IMG/VR virus record: IMGVR_UViG_3300029305_002470
Span: 1-64,000 of that record
Length of the DNA: 64,000 bases
Source of the DNA: a virus
Taxonomy: Duplodnaviria > Caudoviricetes
Direction: 5' to 3' (one strand)
Positions 61,020 through 64,000 of the stretch are shown here, piece by piece. The position numbers and the translations under genes were made by a program. Position 1 is the first letter of the stretch. Each line of letters opens with the position of its first letter. Below the pieces are notes generated by a model. It did not search any database and had not been told where the DNA came from. It saw nothing but the letters and a program-made list of their open reading frames with translations.

Positions 61020-61085
61020 TTTGAAATTTGAATCTTAAATTTTGAGTCAGTTTAAACTGACATTATTTGAAAGGAGAATAACATT

Positions 61086-61325
61086 ATGGCTAATATGAGT
61101 TATTGCAGATTTCATAACACAAGACTTGATATGATGGATTGTATTGAAGCACTTAAAAGAGCGGAATGGGATGGTGAAAAGATTAGCAAAGAAGAAATTA
61201 AATATTGCGAATGGATGTTTGATAGCATTATAGAATATCTTGATGATGAAGGAATTATAGATGAATTTGATTGGGATGCATATGAAGAATGGAAATCGAA
61301 TCTACATGAATGGAGTGAAGAGTAA
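61086..61325 (+). CDS. hypothetical acidic protein
   Basis: MANMSYCRF.NT..D...C conserved phage-type N-terminus. Confidence 0.7.
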   Translation: MANMSYCRFHNTRLDMMDCIEALKRAEWDGEKISKEEIKYCEWMFDSIIEYLDDEGIIDEFDWDAYEEWKSNLHEWSEE

Positions 61326-61549
61326 ATGTGGGTATGGATTGTAATTGAATTACAGAAAACTAAAGATGGTATGCAACCTAAGATTTTGGCTGTGCGTTCT
61401 GATGAGAAATCAGCAAATGATATTGCATATGCAAACCCTACTAAATGGTGTAATGTTATTAAAATAAAAATTGATGCTGATTATGAAGTAAGAAACACAC
61501 TGTAATTCTGGTGTACCAGAAATAAAATTCTAATTTGAGAGGTGAAATT

Positions 61550-62161
61550 ATGGGACAGTTTTCATGGTTAGATTGTATTACAGAAGCACAGATTGTAGAT
61601 GATAAAGTTAAAGATGTCTATGTATTAATCCCAAAAGAATTTGGCGGGGGACATATTGTAGAACATTGTTATGATGGGTATGGAAATTTTGGCGGCAAAG
61701 ATATATTTGATTTGGTTGCTGATTGGAATCGTAATGTTTTATCTGAAAAACCGAATTTCATTTTCCCTTATGCGCTTGAAAGGGCAAAGAGACTTTTAGA
61801 ATATCAGAACAATAAAGATAATTATTCTGAAAAAATTCTTTTACAGATTTGTGATGAACCTTGGTATAAATATTACTCAGATTTGAATTTAAATATTGAT
61901 GAGATTGTAGAAAAATGTAGAGAAGATTTTAATAAATATTTTGATTATAGATATATCGGTATTAGTCTTGCGTGTTACGATGAAGATAACGAAGCATTGC
62001 CATTCCCAATTAAAATAACTTATGATGCTACAGCGGTTTATGAATATTGTTTGCCATCAAAATCAGACCCAAATCAGGGATGGGAAACGTATGATGAAGA
62101 TGATGAATGGGAAGAAGAACAGTATTGGACTGTTGAAGATGAAGAAGAAAATGAATATTAA
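61550..62161 (+). CDS. hypothetical protein
   Basis: MGQFSW...Y.GYG.FGG.D..DPNQG; acidic tail. Confidence 0.7.
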   Translation: MGQFSWLDCITEAQIVDDKVKDVYVLIPKEFGGGHIVEHCYDGYGNFGGKDIFDLVADWNRNVLSEKPNFIFPYALERAKRLLEYQNNKDNYSEKILLQICDEPWYKYYSDLNLNIDEIVEKCREDFNKYFDYRYIGISLACYDEDNEALPFPIKITYDATAVYEYCLPSKSDPNQGWETYDEDDEWEEEQYWTVEDEEENEY

Positions 62162-62784
62162 ACGATGTGGATATTCGCCGTATGGCTATATAGTTTATAT
62201 TAATAATCGGCGTTTAGAATTCGCCACGGAATCTGAATTTGATGAATGGATTGGGGAGTATAATTATGGATTTATATCTGATATATAAATATGCATATTG
62301 GGGAGCGATTGAAGAACTTAAAACATTGACCAAACTTTATAATATGTGTCTTGAAGTTTCAGATGGAGATGCCGCAGAGGAATATGAAATTGAAATTGAA
62401 AAAACAAAATCTAATTTTGATTTTATAATTTCAGCTTTGGGTTATGATAAGGAATCGTGTTGGCAAGTATTAGATTATGAAATTAGAAAGGTGTGTTAAT
62501 TATGGAAGATAAACAGAAAATTTGTAATGCATTTTGTGAAACACTTAGACTAACAAGAGCCGCTGGTTCACCAACCAACAATCCACTTATTGAACTTAAG
62601 TATATGACCAAAGAAGAAGGTGGCAGATTTGATGAAACTGTACGTCCAATTTTTGCAGACCATTGTGGAGAGGCTATGAAATATTATGATGTAAACGTTA
62701 GCGGCGATAGTGGCATTGGTATGATTATAGATATTATGAATCAGTTCGTAACCAAAATGTGGTAAAATGAAATGAGGTTTAATT

Positions 62785-63006
62785 ATGGCTGAAATGAAAT
62801 TTGAAATCAAACAGCACATGTGTGTTCTTAGTGAACGTAAGAATGGTTGGAAAAAAGAATTAAATAGAGTATCTTGGAATGATGCCGACCCTAAATGGGA
62901 CATAAGAGAATGGAATGAAGAACATGATAAAATGTCTCGTGGTATTACACTGACTGAAGATGAAGCTAAAAATCTATCTCAGTTTTTAAAATCTATTTTC
63001 TGTTAA
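62785..63006 (+). CDS. YdbC/PC4-like ssDNA-binding protein
   Basis: GWKKELN.VSWN...PK.DIR.W...H.KM.RGITLT. Confidence 0.85.
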   Translation: MAEMKFEIKQHMCVLSERKNGWKKELNRVSWNDADPKWDIREWNEEHDKMSRGITLTEDEAKNLSQFLKSIFC

Positions 63007-63030
63007 TGATATAAATTTTGGGAGACAGTT

Positions 63031-63261
63031 ATGAAAGAAATAGTTTTTAATGTATTTTGCAGTGGCATTTATGAAACAAAACTTATAGTTGATGATAATT
63101 TTTGTAGTAATAATTTGAATGAAATGTCTGATGAAGAATTTGAAAAAGTAAGAAGATATGTTTGTGAACATTTGGACGAAGCACATCTTGGAGAAATAGA
63201 ATGGATAGCCGACATAGACGTTGATGCAGAGGATATTAAGGCTATTTATTCTGTAGGGTAA
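63031..63261 (+). CDS. hypothetical acidic protein
   Basis: GGGAG RBS. Confidence 0.6.
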   Translation: MKEIVFNVFCSGIYETKLIVDDNFCSNNLNEMSDEEFEKVRRYVCEHLDEAHLGEIEWIADIDVDAEDIKAIYSVG

Positions 63262-63294
63262 TTGAAATTTGATTTGAAATTATGAGGTATAATT

Positions 63295-63891
63295 ATGAGT
63301 AACATTGATAATATTATTGCAGACATTGCAGAAGTGAATCGGACTTATGGATTTTGGATTAGGGATGAACATGGTAATCTGAAAGATGATGTTATTTGTG
63401 GAGAAGTAATTCCGTTTTTGGAAGAGCTTAAAGATTATGAAATTGATATGTCTCAATCTGAAATTAAAGACATGATGAATTTTTGGGACAGCAATTTTGA
63501 TAAGCCAAAATATGAAAGAAATAATACATATAATTATAGCGCAAATATTGACCACGATATTGATTATCGAATTGTAGAATCTGCCCACGATGGAGTATGG
63601 TTTGCATTTATGGTTCATAGATATGGCGATGTGCGTGGCAATTATACTGATTGGGCAGTATGTAAATTTGATAATCTATATGAACTTTGGGAACTTGAAT
63701 CTATTAGGCAGTCAAAGAATTTTAATGATGGCGATAAGATTGAAAGATATACTGCTGATATAAATATCTTTGATGAATGTTATAATGTATATGATAATGA
63801 TGAGAGAGAAGATGTAGGATACTTTTATGACATAGAGGTACCAGAAGTTCTTGAAGCTATTGCTAAAATGCGTTCTGAAATGGAGAATTAA
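63295..63891 (+). CDS. hypothetical acidic protein
   Basis: GAGGT RBS, 198 aa. Confidence 0.7.
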   Translation: MSNIDNIIADIAEVNRTYGFWIRDEHGNLKDDVICGEVIPFLEELKDYEIDMSQSEIKDMMNFWDSNFDKPKYERNNTYNYSANIDHDIDYRIVESAHDGVWFAFMVHRYGDVRGNYTDWAVCKFDNLYELWELESIRQSKNFNDGDKIERYTADINIFDECYNVYDNDEREDVGYFYDIEVPEVLEAIAKMRSEMEN

Positions 63892-64000
63892 TCATGGCAA
63901 GGAGAATGAGATTTGGAACTTGGTGTTGTAAGGATGAAGACGATGAACGTAAAATAAATTATACGTTTACAGATTCAGATGGTGAAGTTCTTTATTTTAC

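Larger units (their letters stand above)
52084..61061. repeat. dispersed 16-bp palindrome GTCAGTTTAAACTGAC, 9 copies
   Basis: Starts at 52084, 52171, 52945, 53075, 53499, 55007, 56986, 58667 and 61046; all intergenic. Confidence 0.92.

Noticed and set aside
52084-61061. GTCAGTTTAAACTGAC copies as a CRISPR array
   Set aside because: Only 16 bp long, irregular spacing of 87 bp to over 2 kb, genes in between and no cas genes
1-64000. Stop-codon reassignment, tRNA genes, inteins, integrase
   Set aside because: Genes are full length in the standard code once introns are removed; no tRNA T-loop/anticodon pattern, intein termini or integrase motif was seen by eye (a tRNAscan-SE run would be the proper test)

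Overview
AT-rich (roughly 30% GC by eye) segment of a large tailed dsDNA phage of a Bacillota (Clostridia-like) host, with SPbeta-like late-gene synteny. The minus strand (1-35.1 kb) holds the late region. It runs from a YonO-type single-subunit RNA polymerase through two HU-like proteins, a metallophosphoesterase, the terminases, portal, protease/scaffold, capsid, neck and tail genes to the tape measure protein (TMP). A lysis cassette and a probable DGR-target adhesin, cut by the window edge, follow. Three group I introns are present: two in the TMP gene and one in terL, and two of them carry Vsr/DUF559-like homing endonucleases. The plus strand (35.3-50.5 kb) carries accessory genes: RNA ligase, ThyX, an SPFH protein, phosphoesterases, two DNA methyltransferases and an HD protein. 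A ~1.6 kb non-coding island at 50.5-52.2 kb is the most striking element. It packs three tandem HrcA CIRCE operators next to two perfect parS sites and two further families of repeated palindromes, resembling a landing pad or decoy array for host DNA-binding proteins. From 52.2 kb to the end lies an early-type region of small acidic ORFs behind sigmaA promoters, marked by nine copies of the 16-bp palindrome GTCAGTTTAAACTGAC. No tRNA, rRNA, CRISPR array or integrase was seen. All family assignments come from motif recognition by eye; no database search was run.
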